Below, piece by piece: positions 61,378 to 64,000 of a stretch of 64,000 bases of DNA. The position numbers were made by a program, and so were the translations under genes. Under the pieces are notes generated by a model. It was not told the origin of the DNA. It ran no database searches and worked only from the letters and a program-made list of their open reading frames with translations. The stretch is from the NCBI GenBank assembly GCA_949358305.1, contig OX442314.1:8370001-8434000 (forward strand), read 5' to 3'. This stretch comes from Strigamia acuminata (lineage: Eukaryota). Each line of letters starts with the position of its first letter. Position 1 is the first letter of the stretch.

Positions 61378-62790
61378 TTACCGTTACATTCCGTTACGTT
61401 ACCGTTACATAATTGAAAAAAACCAATTTCTACTCTTTTGGTTTGAAGTTGTGGTTTCTTAGTTTATTTTTGTGAAACCAACTTTGAATAATTTTCAATT
61501 AATATTTTAATTCTTCAACAGTTTTGCGCCTTAAATTGACAAATTGACCTTTGTATGTTCAAGTGTGGTTTGTTCCACTTTGTTCCACTTTGTTCTTTTG
61601 TTTTGTTGGGCAATCTTGTTGTGTAAGCTTAGACATTGCTTTTCATTCAGCTAAGATAAGAGTAATGGTTAATTTCACCAGCATTGACTTAAGAGCCACT
61701 GGTAATTGCATATGACATTAACTGTCCTAAACTGTCAGGCAGCCAGATGTGGTTTATATTCTCTCATGAAGCTTTTATCTGTCATCTTTATATTTAAAGC
61801 TGAAAAATGCATATCATACAGGCTGAAAACTCGTTAAGTCTCATCTCTCCTGCTCATTACTTTTGCACACCTACACCTTTATTTATTCACATCGCATGAA
61901 TTTTTACAATCTTTTTAGAAGATTGTTTTAAAAATTTGTTATTCCAGAATTACTTCCTTGCTAGATAAGATTCACTGCTTGCTCAAAGTGTCAAATAAAC
62001 AAATTGGAAGTTTGCCATCTAGTGAGAAAATGTAGCAAAACTGCTTAAAGGACTTGAGTTAATGTATTTTCATGTAAAATGTAAAATCATTCTGTGATTA
62101 AAAGTAAATAAATAATACACAGTTATGATACTTAGCGATTTTGCACAAAGTATTCAGTATCGAGCAGTGCATAGCCAGCGGTACCAAACGACGAGTGTTG
62201 ATCGATTGTCCAGGTCTGGAAAAATAAGCAAATGTACAATAATTTAACGGTAGTTTTACAAGATTTCTAGAACATAAAATGTATTTTAAAGTATGGATTT
62301 ATGGATTTATTATTGCAATTTGATAGCGGAATAAACAAGCATCCTTCTAAATGATTACAATCAGTTTGCTTATGCCGGCCGCAGTAGTGGCGAGAGTCGC
62401 CTCGCCGACTTTGGTATTTATTCAAAAATTCTTGCGGTGGAAATCCGTTGCTCGAGTCGAAAATTAGAACATCAAATTTTCCACTTGAATCCATTTTGGA
62501 AAAAGAAGAGAGGAAAGAAAAAAAATTAAAGAAACCGCAAATGTATTCCACGTCTCTTAAATATCGATCCAAGCCAATCGATAATCGGAAATGACCTCGC
62601 AAATGTCGAGGACCTTTACATTTCGTTCGAAGCCGCGACCCGATGCATTTTTCAATGGCATGTGCACGGTGGAAAATTCGGCTCTTTAATAGTTACCATT
62701 ACTGTTCCAAAAAGAAGAAATGGCTTGTTATTTCTGTTACCGTTACTTCTTCAGAAACACTAGCGATTCTTTTTGCGCACAATGTAAATA

Positions 62791-63090
62791 AGGTGCGCAC
62801 CATAAGTATAGAATAATCAGTTTTTTTGAAATATTTCTTTTTGCGCTTCATCTGGAATCAAACCAATTTTTTAATAAATGTATTTTGTCATTGGAATTCA
62901 TTTAAAATTAACAGGTTTATAAGTTTTGTAGAAAAATAAAATTGGCAGTAATTTTACATAAAAACGGGGATGACATAAGTATAGAATATTTTAGGTTTGA
63001 CGCAAAAAATTGGATAAAATTAACTTCACGTAACATGCCTTTGTCTTATTAGAAAAAAAACTGATTATTCTATACTTATGGCGCGCACCT
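62791..63090. mobile_element. MITE (~300 bp)
   Basis: AGGTGCGCACCATAAGTATAGAATAATCAGTTTTTTT and its reverse complement ending GCGCGCACCT. Confidence 0.75.
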
Positions 63091-63754
63091 TACCATGGCA
63101 TAACTCAAGTAACACAATAAATGATTTAACATCGCATCTAGATGGATGAGATGCGATGTTTAATATTCTATCAACGTACAGTTCGCGCTGGGTGTCTTGA
63201 TGCTAAATTCGTACTGAGCATCCCATTCTGCGCAGACGATTTTCTAATTCCAGTTGTTATTTAGCAGTATTAGGCCTAATATTAGGCCTAATAATTTATA
63301 TTGTTTTTAATGTTTGATTTTACCTGATAATAATATTTGCAGGGATTTATTTTCTTTTGGAAAAGTTGTAAGGATTTATCGAGCAGTAAAACAGCTTATT
63401 TATTCTGCCTGTTGCAATAAAGTTAATGCAAGATGTACACCTTGCTCCAATTGCCTGATGTTCTGTACATTGCCTGGGAAATGGGATTTTCTTTTGTTTT
63501 CTTCGAGAAATAAGAAAAAATAAGTTAAGCTTTAATACATTTCTTCAAAGGGAAGTGAAAATCCCTTGTTCTATTTGAAATGGAATCATTTTTCTATTTT
63601 TCATCAGAAATACATTTTTATAAAGATTTTAAGTGGTCTAGAAATTTTTATAAAAACTCTCAGAAAACCATTAGAAATTCTAAAAGTTGTTTCCAAATTC
63701 TAGAAACTGTTTCAAAATTCAAGAACTAATTAGACATGTACAGATCATAAAAAA

Positions 63755-64000
63755 ACCTTTAAATCCCTATAAATCCTTTAAAAATCCCTTAAACACTTTA
63801 AAATCCCTTAAATACTTTAAAATCCCTAAAAGACATTAAAATCCTTTAAATACTTTTAAAATCCCTAAAAGACATTAAAATCCTTTAAATACTTTTAAAA
63901 TCCCTAAAATACATTTTTAAAAAATCTCTTAAAACCATTAAAAATCCCTTAAATCCTTTAAAAATCCCATAAATCTTTTGAAATCCTTAAAATCCTGAAT
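63755..64000. repeat. Degenerate AAAATCCC/TTTA tandem repeat
   Basis: Repeated AAATCC(C/T)T(T/A)AAA units to the window end. Confidence 0.8.

Noticed and set aside
49800..64000. Short ORFs (52174, 54105, 55401, 60353, 62267, 63314) and a search for globin exon 2 or more defensin copies
   Set aside because: No recognisable motifs or consistent splice structure. The region reads as intron/intergenic DNA with MITEs and minisatellites.

Overview
Eukaryotic (probably invertebrate/arthropod-like), AT-rich, transposon-dense genomic DNA. (1) At the left end is the first coding exon of an N-acylated globin X-like gene (+ strand, 404-630). I found no second exon, so the rest of the window may be its first intron. 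(2) Antisense to it, from 8.3 to 48.3 kb, is a tandem family of nine small three-exon genes (seven intact, two pseudogenes) that the ORF track misses because they are spliced. They encode a signal peptide plus a six-cysteine CS-alpha/beta defensin-like peptide, with hypervariable, neutral-to-anionic mature regions. (3) A very young, complete Ty3/Gypsy LTR retrotransposon (24241-36577) sits in the 3' UTR of one of these genes. It has apparently identical 959-bp LTRs, an ATCT TSD, a tRNA-Pro PBS and a -1 gag-pol frameshift signal. In place of env it carries a three-exon, ~819-aa non-env gene with its own candidate promoter. (4) An intact Mutator-like element (37232-41074, 9-bp TSD) lies in intron 2 of the same gene and encodes a transposase fused to an AT-hook, a SIM-like motif and a RING finger. 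(5) Many non-autonomous DNA transposons (Kolobok-, hAT-, Tc1/mariner-, piggyBac- and Harbinger-type), palindromes and minisatellites are present. All family assignments come from motif recognition by eye; no database search was run.
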